From NCBI GenBank assembly GCA_027491915.1, contig JAOZGC010000002.1:352001-416000 (forward strand): 64,000 nucleotides of DNA, read 5' to 3'. Position 1 is the first letter of the stretch; each line of letters opens with the position of its first letter. Position numbers and translations under genes: made by a program. This DNA comes from Thermoproteota archaeon (lineage in GTDB: Archaea > Korarchaeota > Korarchaeia > Korarchaeales > Korarchaeaceae). Positions 35,519 through 44,796 of this stretch are shown piece after piece. The notes below the pieces were generated by a model. That model was not told the origin of the DNA. It made no database searches and saw only the letters and a program-made list of their open reading frames with translations.

Positions 35519-36777
35519 GCGCGGGCAGGGTGGCCTTCATAGACCCGAGGGCCGCCGGGATATCCGGCGACATGTTCCTCGGGGCCCTGCTTGACCTGTC
35601 CGGGGAGGAGGGCATCCTGGAGAGGGTGGCCGAAGCGGTGGCCGGCGCGTCCGACAGGTTCAGGCGGGTCGGGGTGTCGACCGCCAGGGTGGTCAGGTCA
35701 GGGCTGTCGGCCACGAGGGTCGAGGTGGACTGCGACTGGGACGCCCGACCAGTCCCCCCCGAGGAGATCCTGGGGGAGGCCGCCAGGGCCGCCCGGGGGG
35801 TCGGCCTATCGGAGGGGGCGCGGTCCCTGGCGGTCAGGGTCGTGGAGATCCTGGCCTCAGCCGAGTCGGCCGTCCACGGTCCCGGGGCTCACCTGCACGA
35901 GCTCGCCTCCGCCGACACCCTGGTGGACGCCGTCGGGGCCGCGGCCCTGATGGAGTCCCTGGGGATCCTCCCGGGGGAGGCAGAGATCGTGTCGGCCCCC
36001 CCTGCCCTGGGCTCCGGGTTCGCGGAGACGGACCACGGCAGGGTGCCGGTCCCCGCGCCGGCGACCCTGGAGATAGCCTCCCGGGCCGGCATGCCCGTGA
36101 CCGGATCGCCGGCCGCCGGGGAGCTGACCACCCCGACCGGCGCCGCCATCCTGGCCGCCGCGTCGGCCAGGTTCTCCTGGTCCCTGCCGGACATGGTGGT
36201 GGGAGGCGCGGGCCGGGGCGCCGGCGCCCGAGAAATCCCCGGGATACCCAACGTCCTGACCGTGGTGGTCGGGTCCCCCCACCCCCACCCGGGGGAAGGG
36301 GCCCGGCGGCTGGCCGAGCTGGCGACCCACGTGGACGACGTCCCCGGGGAGATTCTCGGGGCCGCCATCTCCAGGCTCCTCGAGGAGGGGGCCCTGGACG
36401 TGGCCGCCGTACCGACCGTGACCAAGAAGGGGAGGCCGGGTCACCTCATCCTCGTCCTGGTCGACTGGGACAGGAGGCTGGACATGGCGTCCGCCCTGAT
36501 GAGGGAGACGGGTTCCGCAGGGGTGAGGATCAGGGAGGTCGGGAGGGTGGCGGCCGAGAGGTCCACCGGCGAGGTCGCGGTGCCCGTCGGCGGCCGGGAG
36601 TTCCGGGTCAGGCTGAAGGAGCTGAGGGTCCCCGGGGGAGGGGTCAGGCTGAAGCCCGAGTACGAGGACGTGGTCTCACTGTCCAGGGAGGCCGGGATCT
36701 CCCCCAGGGAGGCCTACGACCTGGTCTCGAGGGCCATCGCCGGGGCGCGCGCGGGGGAGGTCGAGGGCGGGGGGTGA
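35515..36777 (+). CDS. larC: Nickel insertase LarC
   Basis: AGISGDMFLGAL, HLHELASADTLVD, HGRVPVPAPATL, ELTTPTGAA, TKKGRPG, KPEYED; TTG at 35515 overlaps the larB stop. Confidence 0.93.
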   Translation: MSAGRVAFIDPRAAGISGDMFLGALLDLSGEEGILERVAEAVAGASDRFRRVGVSTARVVRSGLSATRVEVDCDWDARPVPPEEILGEAARAARGVGLSEGARSLAVRVVEILASAESAVHGPGAHLHELASADTLVDAVGAAALMESLGILPGEAEIVSAPPALGSGFAETDHGRVPVPAPATLEIASRAGMPVTGSPAAGELTTPTGAAILAAASARFSWSLPDMVVGGAGRGAGAREIPGIPNVLTVVVGSPHPHPGEGARRLAELATHVDDVPGEILGAAISRLLEEGALDVAAVPTVTKKGRPGHLILVLVDWDRRLDMASALMRETGSAGVRIREVGRVAAERSTGEVAVPVGGREFRVRLKELRVPGGGVRLKPEYEDVVSLSREAGISPREAYDLVSRAIAGARAGEVEGGG

Positions 36778-37976
36778 CGGCGGCGGCCGATCGGGTCGGT
36801 CGGCCCGGGACCAGGGGGAACCTCCGCACTCTCGTGGTCGCCCAGGCCCTGACCGGGGCGTACGTCGGCGCCTACTACGTGATACTCCAGCCGATGCTCC
36901 TGTCCCTCGGGATGACCGTCGGCGAGATAGGGGTCCTGATGTCCCTGGCCGGGATGGGCGGGCTGATATCCTCCCTGGTGCAGCCCATAGGCGGGGTCCT
37001 GTCCGACTTGCTGGGTCGGAAGCCCCTGATCCTGACCCTGCACGCGCTCGGCGTCGCCTCGTGCCTGGGCCTGCTGGCGGCCAGCCTGGCTCGAAGTCCC
37101 GAGGCCGCCGTCGCCGCGGTGCTAGTCTCGGCGGCCTCTTTCGTGGGATCCCCCGCCTGGGACGCGGCGGTCGCCGAGTCGACCGAGCCGGCCAGGTTCG
37201 GCGCCGCCTTCGGCGCGGTCGCCTCCGCCAGCACCCTCGCCGGGTTGATCTCCTCCCCCCTGTCCGGGGCGGCCGCCGACCTCCTCGGCTACCCCCCGGT
37301 CCTGGCGGCCGCCGCCGTCCTCCAGGCGGCCGCCGCGGCGGCCGTGTGGCTGCGCTACCGGGAGGGTCTGCCCCCCGCGAGGAGGGAGAGCCTGCCCCGA
37401 ATCCTCTCCAGGGTGCTCTCCCCACCTGGCAGGCTCAGGGGGATCTTCGCCGTGATGGCCATGGACTCTGCGGCCTGGTGGGTGGTCACCCCAATCCTCA
37501 CCGGGATGCTGGTCGACTCCTACGGCCTGACCAACCTGGAGGTCGGGATCCTGTCCGCGACCTTCTCCGCGAGCTGGGCTGTCTTCCAGATGCCGGCCGG
37601 TTTGCTGGTCGACAGGTTCGGTCCCAGGCCGGTCTTGACGATTTCAGAGGCGTTGGGCGTGCCCCTCGCCCTCACACTATCTTCTAAACTCGGATTCTCC
37701 TCTCTACTGGTCGCGGAGGTCATCTTGGGCGCGGCCGTGGCCACCTGGATACCGAGCTTCAAGTCCTACGTCATCTCGGCGGCGGGGGAGGACGACGTCG
37801 CCGGATCCATGGGGAGGCTAAACGCCCTCCGCGGCGTTGTGGGCTTCCCCTCCCCCGCCCTGGGGGGGGTCCTCTACGAGACCTGGGGGATGACCGGCCC
37901 GCTGACCGCGCTCGCACTGGGGTCGGTCGCCGTCGCCGCGGCCGCGTGGCTCCTGCTCGGCCCGCCGGGAGACTGA
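36774..37976 (+). CDS. MFS transporter
   Basis: About 12 TM helices; GVLSDLLGRK and GLLVDRFGPR motif A copies. Confidence 0.9.
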   Translation: MTAAADRVGRPGTRGNLRTLVVAQALTGAYVGAYYVILQPMLLSLGMTVGEIGVLMSLAGMGGLISSLVQPIGGVLSDLLGRKPLILTLHALGVASCLGLLAASLARSPEAAVAAVLVSAASFVGSPAWDAAVAESTEPARFGAAFGAVASASTLAGLISSPLSGAAADLLGYPPVLAAAAVLQAAAAAAVWLRYREGLPPARRESLPRILSRVLSPPGRLRGIFAVMAMDSAAWWVVTPILTGMLVDSYGLTNLEVGILSATFSASWAVFQMPAGLLVDRFGPRPVLTISEALGVPLALTLSSKLGFSSLLVAEVILGAAVATWIPSFKSYVISAAGEDDVAGSMGRLNALRGVVGFPSPALGGVLYETWGMTGPLTALALGSVAVAAAAWLLLGPPGD

Positions 37977-38023
37977 GCACCCGACCGTCTCATTTTTTAC
38001 CCTCCCGAGCCGACGCCCGGTCG

Positions 38024-38494
38024 GTGAGGGCTCTGGTCTCTGAGGGAGACGAGGCGCCGGACTTCGAGCTGCCGGCCCACACGGGGGAGACCGTCAGGCT
38101 CTCGGATCTCAGGGGGAGGCCGGTCGTCCTCTACTTCTATCCGAGGGCGGGGACCCCGGGCTGCACCAGGGAGGCCGAGAGGTTCAACTCCCTCCTGGAG
38201 GAGTTCTCCTCTCTCGGCGTGGAGGTCCTAGGGATCAGCACAGACTCCCCGCGGGCCGCGGCCAGATTCGCAGATAGGCTCGGCCTCCGATTCAGGCTCC
38301 TTTCGGACGTCGACGGGCGGGTCGCCTCGTCCTACGGCGCGCTGAAGGCGGGCACCAAGAGGCCGAGCGCGAGGAGGGTCACCTTCATCCTGGGATCCGA
38401 CGGCAGGATCCTCAAGATCTTGGAGGGAGTGAGGCCGGCCCAGAGGCACGCCGACCTGGCGCTGGAGTTCGTGAGGGAGAAGCTCGGTTCCTGA
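38024..38494 (+). CDS. bcp: Peroxiredoxin, Bcp/PrxQ type (1-Cys)
   Basis: APDFEL, VVLYFYPRAGTPGCTRE. Confidence 0.9.
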   Translation: MRALVSEGDEAPDFELPAHTGETVRLSDLRGRPVVLYFYPRAGTPGCTREAERFNSLLEEFSSLGVEVLGISTDSPRAAARFADRLGLRFRLLSDVDGRVASSYGALKAGTKRPSARRVTFILGSDGRILKILEGVRPAQRHADLALEFVREKLGS

Positions 38495-38566
38495 CCGGAT
38501 CCGATATTCACGATCGAGTATATCGGGCTTTATTAGCTCTCCAGGCCCCCCGGGAGTAGACCGGAC

Positions 38567-40414
38567 ATGCCGGGAGGCTATATGGGCAAGATCCTGTACG
38601 TCGACCTCTCCTCCGGCTCCATCAAGGAGGAGCCCATAGACGAGGAGGTCGCCCGCAAGTACCTGGGTGGTAAGGGATACGCGGTCTACCTGCTCTATCA
38701 ATACCTGAAGGAGTACGAGGCCAGGGGCCTGGCCCCGCAGGACATAGACCCGCTGGGACCCGAGAATGTCCTGATATTCGCCACCGGACCTGGGACCGGG
38801 ATACCCGGGTTTCCGTCCCCGGGCAGGTACCACGTCATGGCCCTGAGGTCTCCCCTCACCGGCTCCATAGGCAGCGGCAACTCCGGCGGGGAGTTCGGGC
38901 CATTCATGAAGTTCGCCGGCTACGACATGATAGTGATAGAGGGGGCGTCCGACAGGCCGGTCTACCTCTCCATAGTCAACGGGGAGGTCGAGCTCAAGGA
39001 CGCCTCCGACCTGTGGGGCATGACGGTCTTCGACACCACCAGGATACTGAAGAAGAGGGTCGGCGGGAAGAACACCAGCGTGGCCTGCATAGGGCCCGCG
39101 GGCGAGAACCTGGTTATGATGGCGGCCATAATGAACGACGAGCACAGGGCCGTCGGGAGGACGGGCCTCGGCGCGGTAATGGGGTCCAAGATGCTCAAGG
39201 CCATAGTGGTCTCCGGCGACCAGCAGGTCCCGGTGGCCAGGCCGGAAGACTTCAAGAAGGCGGCCGACAAGGCCCGCGAGCTCCTGATGAAGGACCCGGT
39301 GACCTCCGAGGGGCTGCCCAAGTACGGGACCGCCGTCCTCGTTAACATAATCAACCAGGCGGGCATGCTGCCGTTCAAGAACTGGCAGTTCGAATACAAC
39401 CCGGACGCCGACAAGATAAGCGGAGAGACCCTGGAGAAGGAGTACCTGATCAAGAGGAGACCGTGCTGGGGATGCATCATAGGCTGCGGCAGGGTGACCA
39501 AGGTCCAGATGGGCCCCTACCAGGTCCTCTACTCGGAGGGACCCGAGTACGAGTCCGTCTGGGCTCTGGGCAACGACACCGGCGTCATGGAGCTGGACGC
39601 CGTGATAAAGTCCAACCACCTCTGCGACGAGCTGGGCATGGACCCGATAAGCCTGGGCTCGACCATAGCCTGCGCCATGGAGCTCTACGAGAAGGGTTAC
39701 ATACCTGAGGAGGACCTCCAGGGGGTCGACCTCAAGTTCGGCAACCCGGCCGCCCTGGTGGAGCTCACCTGGAGGACCGCCTACAAGTCCGGGTTCGGCA
39801 AGATGATAGCCATGGGCTCCAAGAGGCTGGCCGAGGTCTACGGGGCGCCCGAGCTCTCCATGAGCGTCAAGGGTCTGGAGATGCCGGCCTACGACCCCAG
39901 GGGGGCCAAGGGCATAGGGCTGGAGTACGCCACCTCCAACAGGGGAGGGTGCCACGTCACCGGCTACACCATAGCCCCGGAGATCCTCTCCCACCCCGAG
40001 AAGATAGACCCGCTCACCCCGGAGGGCAAGGCCAAGTGGGTCAAGATATTCCAGGACTTCACCTGCGTGGTCAACTCCACCGTCAACTGTCTGTTCGACA
40101 CGTTTGCCCTGGGGGCCGGAGAGTACGCCGAGCTCCTCTCCGCCGTCACTGGGTGGGACCTCACCGAGGACGATGTGATGAGGATAGGGGAGAGGATCTA
40201 CAACCTCGAGAGGGTCATAATCAACAGGTACGGGTTCGACGGGAAGGACGACACCCTGCCCAGGAGGCTCCTGGAGGAGCCCATGCCCGAGGGTCCCGCC
40301 AAGGGCCAGGTCGTGGAGCTCGACAAGATGCTCAAGGAGTACTACGAGCTCAGGGGATGGGTCGACGGCAAGCCCACGCCGGAGAAGCTCAGGGAGCTCG
40401 AGATCGAGCTCTGA
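38567..40414 (+). CDS. aor: Tungsten-containing aldehyde:ferredoxin oxidoreductase
   Basis: SPLTG..G.GNSGG, GR.GLGAVMGSK, CWGCIIGC, GPEYE, YDPRG, ATSNRGGCH, DDTLP-like. Confidence 0.95.
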   Translation: MPGGYMGKILYVDLSSGSIKEEPIDEEVARKYLGGKGYAVYLLYQYLKEYEARGLAPQDIDPLGPENVLIFATGPGTGIPGFPSPGRYHVMALRSPLTGSIGSGNSGGEFGPFMKFAGYDMIVIEGASDRPVYLSIVNGEVELKDASDLWGMTVFDTTRILKKRVGGKNTSVACIGPAGENLVMMAAIMNDEHRAVGRTGLGAVMGSKMLKAIVVSGDQQVPVARPEDFKKAADKARELLMKDPVTSEGLPKYGTAVLVNIINQAGMLPFKNWQFEYNPDADKISGETLEKEYLIKRRPCWGCIIGCGRVTKVQMGPYQVLYSEGPEYESVWALGNDTGVMELDAVIKSNHLCDELGMDPISLGSTIACAMELYEKGYIPEEDLQGVDLKFGNPAALVELTWRTAYKSGFGKMIAMGSKRLAEVYGAPELSMSVKGLEMPAYDPRGAKGIGLEYATSNRGGCHVTGYTIAPEILSHPEKIDPLTPEGKAKWVKIFQDFTCVVNSTVNCLFDTFALGAGEYAELLSAVTGWDLTEDDVMRIGERIYNLERVIINRYGFDGKDDTLPRRLLEEPMPEGPAKGQVVELDKMLKEYYELRGWVDGKPTPEKLRELEIEL

Positions 40415-40475
40415 GCCTCTCCCCCTCCATTTTTCTTCCGCCCGCCGGGCCGGTCCCGCAGCGGAGGGACCTCCC

Positions 40476-40769
40476 TTGCCCAGGGTGAGGCTGCTGCTCT
40501 TTGCCACCCTGAGGGAGAAGTTCGGCGTCAAGGAGCTGGACCTGGAGCTCGGTCGAGGAGGTGGGCTCAGGGAGCTGTTCGAGGCGGCCGCCGACCGGCT
40601 GGGCGGAGACTTCCTCTCCGAGGTGTTGGACGACTCCGGCCTCCCCAGGGACGACAGGATAATAATGGTGAACGGGAGGAACGTGAAGGACACCCCGGAC
40701 AGGGGGACCTCCATCAGGCTGGCCGACGGGGACGTCGTCGCGGTCTTCCCACCGATAGCCGGCGGCTGA
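40476..40769 (+). CDS. moaD: MoaD/SAMP ubiquitin-like sulfur carrier
   Basis: FATLRE...MVNGR...GDVVAVFPPIAGG, C-terminal GG. Confidence 0.9.
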   Translation: MPRVRLLLFATLREKFGVKELDLELGRGGGLRELFEAAADRLGGDFLSEVLDDSGLPRDDRIIMVNGRNVKDTPDRGTSIRLADGDVVAVFPPIAGG

Positions 40770-40804
40770 CAACATTTTTATAGCCACCGCCCGACGCCGC
40801 GACC

Positions 40805-42094
40805 GTGCCGGACGAGTACCCGAGGATCCTGCAGGTGGAGCCCACCAACGCCTGCAACCTGAACTGCATAATGTGCGTGAGGAGGACATGGGACGCCCGC
40901 GTCGGGTACATGGACCCCCGCCTCTACGAGAGGCTCGCCGAGGAGGCCTTCCCCCACCTGGAGAGGCTCACGCTGTACGGCCTGGGGGAGCCCACCTCCC
41001 ACCCGAACTTCGTCGAGATGGTGGAGATCGCCAGGCGCAGGCTCCCAGAGGAGGCCACCATCTTCTTCTCCACCAACGGGACGCTGCTCGGGCCGAGGAT
41101 GGCCGACAGGCTCGTCTTGGACCTGGGGGTGGACTCAATCTCCTTCTCCATCGACACCGCCGACGCCGCCAAGCTCTCCAGGATAAGGGAGGGGGCCAGA
41201 CCAGGCCTGGTCCTGTCCAACCTGAGGCACGTCGGGGAGATAAAGGGGAGAGCCCCCAGGGACTTCACCCTGGCGGTGGAGGCCGTCCTCATGAGGCAGA
41301 ACCTGGACGACCTGCCGGACCTGGTGAGGACCGCGGCCGACCTTGGGGTGGACGAGGTCTACCTCTCCCACGTCGTCCCCTACACCAGGCAGATGTACGA
41401 GATGGCGGTCTACCTGACCTTCACCAGGGAGGCCCTGGAGCTGGCGGGCCCGATCCTGGAGGACGAGGATCGGGTGAAGCTGGCCCTCTCCCAGGAGATG
41501 GGGATAGTCTACGCCGGTAGGTCTGAGGCCCCGGCCAGGGAGGTCCTCCTCAGCGTGTGGGACGAGGCCCTCGGCAGGGGCCTCTGGCTGAACCTCCCTA
41601 TGATGAGGGAGGAGTCTGACAGGCTGAGGGCGTTCGAGAGGGCAGCCTCCGCCGTGGAGGAGGCCGCCGAGCTGGCGGATGAGCTGGGGGTGAGGCTGCA
41701 CGTTCCCCCCTTCCACCCGGACGCCAGGGAGAGGAGCTGCCCCTACGTGGAGTCCGACGCGGCGGTCGTCAGGTGGGACGGCAAGGTGGCGCCCTGCCTG
41801 GACTTCATGTACACCCACCCGATGTGGGTGAACGGCCACCTCAAGCTCGTTAGGGAGGTCTACTTCGGCGACCTGAACGAGGAGAGCCTGGCGGACGTGT
41901 GGAACTCCCCGGAGTACGTCGAGTTCAGGAGGGCCAGGAGGTCCATGTCGGCCGAGATCCCGTGGTGCGGCGACTGCCCCTACTCCACCCAGGAGTGCTG
42001 GTTCACCAGGTCCAACGAGGTGGACTGCAGGGGGAACTCCCCCCACTGCGGCGAGTGCCTGTACAGCGTGGGCATATCCAGGTGCCTGATCTGA
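40805..42094 (+). CDS. Tungsten-cofactor oxidoreductase radical SAM maturase (Cmo-like)
   Basis: CNLNCIMC, GLGEP, CPYVE..AVVRWDGKVAPC, PWCGDC...CGEC; follows aor-moaD. Confidence 0.85.
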   Translation: MPDEYPRILQVEPTNACNLNCIMCVRRTWDARVGYMDPRLYERLAEEAFPHLERLTLYGLGEPTSHPNFVEMVEIARRRLPEEATIFFSTNGTLLGPRMADRLVLDLGVDSISFSIDTADAAKLSRIREGARPGLVLSNLRHVGEIKGRAPRDFTLAVEAVLMRQNLDDLPDLVRTAADLGVDEVYLSHVVPYTRQMYEMAVYLTFTREALELAGPILEDEDRVKLALSQEMGIVYAGRSEAPAREVLLSVWDEALGRGLWLNLPMMREESDRLRAFERAASAVEEAAELADELGVRLHVPPFHPDARERSCPYVESDAAVVRWDGKVAPCLDFMYTHPMWVNGHLKLVREVYFGDLNEESLADVWNSPEYVEFRRARRSMSAEIPWCGDCPYSTQECWFTRSNEVDCRGNSPHCGECLYSVGISRCLI

Positions 42095-42176
42095 CCTCGG
42101 ACCCGCGCCCGTTCCGACCCGTTCCACCGGGTTCCTTATACCCCCGGCCCCCGTCCCACCCCACGGCGAGGGCACC

Positions 42177-43127
42177 ATGACGACCTCCGCGACGCTGGCC
42201 GTGACCCTCTCGATCCTGTCACTGTCGGTCGCGTCCGCCGCACCCGGATTCCTGTCCCCCTCCCGGCCCGGGGTTGGGGGGCCGACCCCCATGGCCCTCC
42301 AGGCCAACGAGACGGCCCTCCGGGGGGCGGGCAACGCCAGGGCCCTGTACGAGAGGGCCAGGGATTTCGCGCTGAACCTCGCCTCGAGGGCCGAGGGGGC
42401 AGGCCTCCCCGACGTGGCCGCATCCCTGAGGGAGGCCGTCTCCTCCGCGGACGAGCTCTATGGCAGGGCCGTCGAGGCCTACGACGAGGGCGACTTCGAG
42501 ACCGCGAGGTCCGAGTTCAGGGAGGCCCTCTCCACCCTGAAGGCCGCTGTGGCAGAGGCCCTCAGGGCCATGGGGGAGGCGGGCGAGAACGTCACCGGCG
42601 TCCGCAGGGCGCTGGCGGCCATAGTCAGGCTGAAGAGGTACATCTCCAGGGAGGAGCGGATCCTGGCCAGGATGGCCGCCGCGGGGGTGGACGTCTCCGA
42701 CCCGCGGGCCGCCCTGGAGAGGGCCAGGGGCAACCTGTCCGAGGCGGTGGATCTCTGCAGATCCGGCCGCTGCTCCGAGGCTCGGGAGAGCCTCCGCCAG
42801 GCGGCAGGCGAGGTCAGGTGGGTGGCCGGGTGGATAAGGGACCACGCCGACGATTTCAGGAACTCCACCCTGGGGGCCAGGGCCCAGAGGATCATCGCGA
42901 AGGTTGAGAGGGTGAAGTCCAGGCTGTCCAGGCTAGAGCAGAGGCTGCGCGATGCCAACAGGACGGAGGACGCCGAGGCGGTCGCCTCGGCCATCGAGAG
43001 GCTGAGCTCCCTGGAGGACCAGTTCAGGCAGGCCGCCGAATCTGGGGACCGGGAGGGGGCCGCGGCGGCGGTCAGGGAGATGTACCGGGTGCTGAGGGAC
43101 CTCAGGGCGGAGCTGAGGGGGGGCTGA
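42177..43127 (+). CDS. Secreted alpha-helical/coiled-coil hypothetical protein
   Basis: Signal peptide; repeated helical-hairpin segments rich in A/E/R. Confidence 0.65.
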   Translation: MTTSATLAVTLSILSLSVASAAPGFLSPSRPGVGGPTPMALQANETALRGAGNARALYERARDFALNLASRAEGAGLPDVAASLREAVSSADELYGRAVEAYDEGDFETARSEFREALSTLKAAVAEALRAMGEAGENVTGVRRALAAIVRLKRYISREERILARMAAAGVDVSDPRAALERARGNLSEAVDLCRSGRCSEARESLRQAAGEVRWVAGWIRDHADDFRNSTLGARAQRIIAKVERVKSRLSRLEQRLRDANRTEDAEAVASAIERLSSLEDQFRQAAESGDREGAAAAVREMYRVLRDLRAELRGG

Positions 43128-43140
43128 CCTCCCCCTAATC

Positions 43141-43156
43141 CCACCTTTTTTTTACC
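43141..43156 (+). terminator. Oligo-T archaeal terminator
   Basis: ccacc followed by an oligo-T run about 20 nt after the stop at 43127. Confidence 0.45.
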
Positions 43157-43164
43157 CCGCGGGG

Positions 43165-44019
43165 GTGGGGCGCCGCGTGGGCGCCTGGGCGATACTGGCG
43201 GTCCTCCTGATGCTCCAGGCCCCTCCGGGTCCTGGGGTCCCCTCCTGCAACGTCTCGATCTACGGAGACGGGTGGGCCTCCGTGGACTGCAGGCTGCCGT
43301 CCCCCGGCAGGATGGAGGTTGAGGTCCCCCTCCTGGGGGGGGCCGACGCCCTCCTGGCGTCCGACGGGGAGGGGAACCCCCTGAACCACACCCCGCTCCC
43401 GTCCTCCGGCGCCGTACTGGTGGAGGCGGCGGACGCCGACGTGATCGTCGTCTCCTACCAGACACCCGACCTGACCGCCAAGTCGGACGGGCTGTGGACC
43501 GCGTCGGCCGAAGCGCCGCCCAACTGGACCGTCAGGCTGACGCTGCCGCGCGGAGCCGTAGTCCTCGGGGTCGACCCGTATCCGGAATCGCTCCTCTGGA
43601 ATGACTCCACGCCGATACTCACCTTCTCGGGGGGGTTCTCGGTCGACTACGCCCTGCCGCCCCCGGAGCGGGGGGGCAACTGGTGGGGCCTCGTCCCTCC
43701 GCTGGCAGCCGCCGCGGCGGCAGCCGCCGCGGCCTACCTCCTCGCCCGGCGGGTCGGGCGCCGCAGGTCCGAATCCACCGGGGAGAGGCCCAGGCTCTCT
43801 CTGGACGACGTGGCCGTGCTCAGGTACGTGGCCGCCGCCGGAGGCAGTGCCTACCAGTCGGAGATCAGGGCATCCCTCGGGATGCCCAAGACCACCCTTT
43901 GGAGGAGGCTCAAGAGGCTCGAGGCCGCCGGCCTGGTGAGGCTCGAGGGAACTCCGGAAGGCCACCTCGTCGTCTTGACGGAGGAGGGGAGGGGGCTGGC
44001 CGGCCTCGGGGGGCCTTGA
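43165..44019 (+). CDS. Membrane-anchored protein with ectodomain and C-terminal winged HTH (COG2512-like)
   Basis: Signal peptide, beta ectodomain, TM, then AYQSEIRASLGMPKTTLWRRLKRLEAAGLV. Confidence 0.82.
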   Translation: MGRRVGAWAILAVLLMLQAPPGPGVPSCNVSIYGDGWASVDCRLPSPGRMEVEVPLLGGADALLASDGEGNPLNHTPLPSSGAVLVEAADADVIVVSYQTPDLTAKSDGLWTASAEAPPNWTVRLTLPRGAVVLGVDPYPESLLWNDSTPILTFSGGFSVDYALPPPERGGNWWGLVPPLAAAAAAAAAAYLLARRVGRRRSESTGERPRLSLDDVAVLRYVAAAGGSAYQSEIRASLGMPKTTLWRRLKRLEAAGLVRLEGTPEGHLVVLTEEGRGLAGLGGP

Positions 44020-44058
44020 CCCACCGAGTCCGGATCGGGCGGGAGGTGAGGTGACCCC

Positions 44059-44796
44059 TTGAGGCGGAGGGCTGCCCTGGCCCTGGCCCTGGCCGCGGCC
44101 GCGCTCCTGGCCCTGGCCGCGCTAATCGCGGTCAACCCGGATTCCGCCGGCCGGTCCGGGTGCCCCCGGGGGGTCCTCATACTGGATACCCTCTCCTCCA
44201 CGGACCCCAATCCCGATATGCTGGCCAGGGTCGCGGCGGACCTCAGGTCGGCGGGGTGCCGGGTGACTACCCTCCTGGGCCGGAACGCCACGGTGGAGAA
44301 CATCTTGAGGTACTTCCCAGACGCCGACGTTATCTTGGCAAGGGTCCACTCCCTCAGGGCCCATCTCCAGTCTGGAGAGGTCGGGACCATCCTGGTCACC
44401 GCGGAGCCGTACAGCAGGTACGCCCACTCCTACCTGCAGGCCTCCGGGGGGGCCGTGGAGGTCCGGCTGAATCCCTCCGGCGCCGGGGTGGAGGGGAGCT
44501 ACTTCGGCCTCACCTCCTCGATCCTGGCGCCCAGGCTGCGCGCCTCGGGCGCGGCCTTCGTCGGCTGCGAGACCGGCGACGGGGACGACCTGGCCTCGGC
44601 AGTCCTCTCGTCCGGTTGGTGGTTCGTCGGTGTGAGGGGCGACGTCAGCGTCGGTTACGCCGACGCCCTGTTCGAATCCGTGGCCGAGGGACTGGTCAGG
44701 GGGGAGGATCTCTGTTCGGCCGTCGACCGATTCGCCTCCCTGGTGGGTCCCGACCCCAACTTCGGCGGCGTCCCCTCCTGCCTCGAGAGACCGTGA
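44059..44796 (+). CDS. Membrane-anchored hypothetical protein (possible clan CD peptidase-like fold)
   Basis: N-terminal TM; DVILARVHS and AAFVGCE segments. Confidence 0.55.
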   Translation: MRRRAALALALAAAALLALAALIAVNPDSAGRSGCPRGVLILDTLSSTDPNPDMLARVAADLRSAGCRVTTLLGRNATVENILRYFPDADVILARVHSLRAHLQSGEVGTILVTAEPYSRYAHSYLQASGGAVEVRLNPSGAGVEGSYFGLTSSILAPRLRASGAAFVGCETGDGDDLASAVLSSGWWFVGVRGDVSVGYADALFESVAEGLVRGEDLCSAVDRFASLVGPDPNFGGVPSCLERP

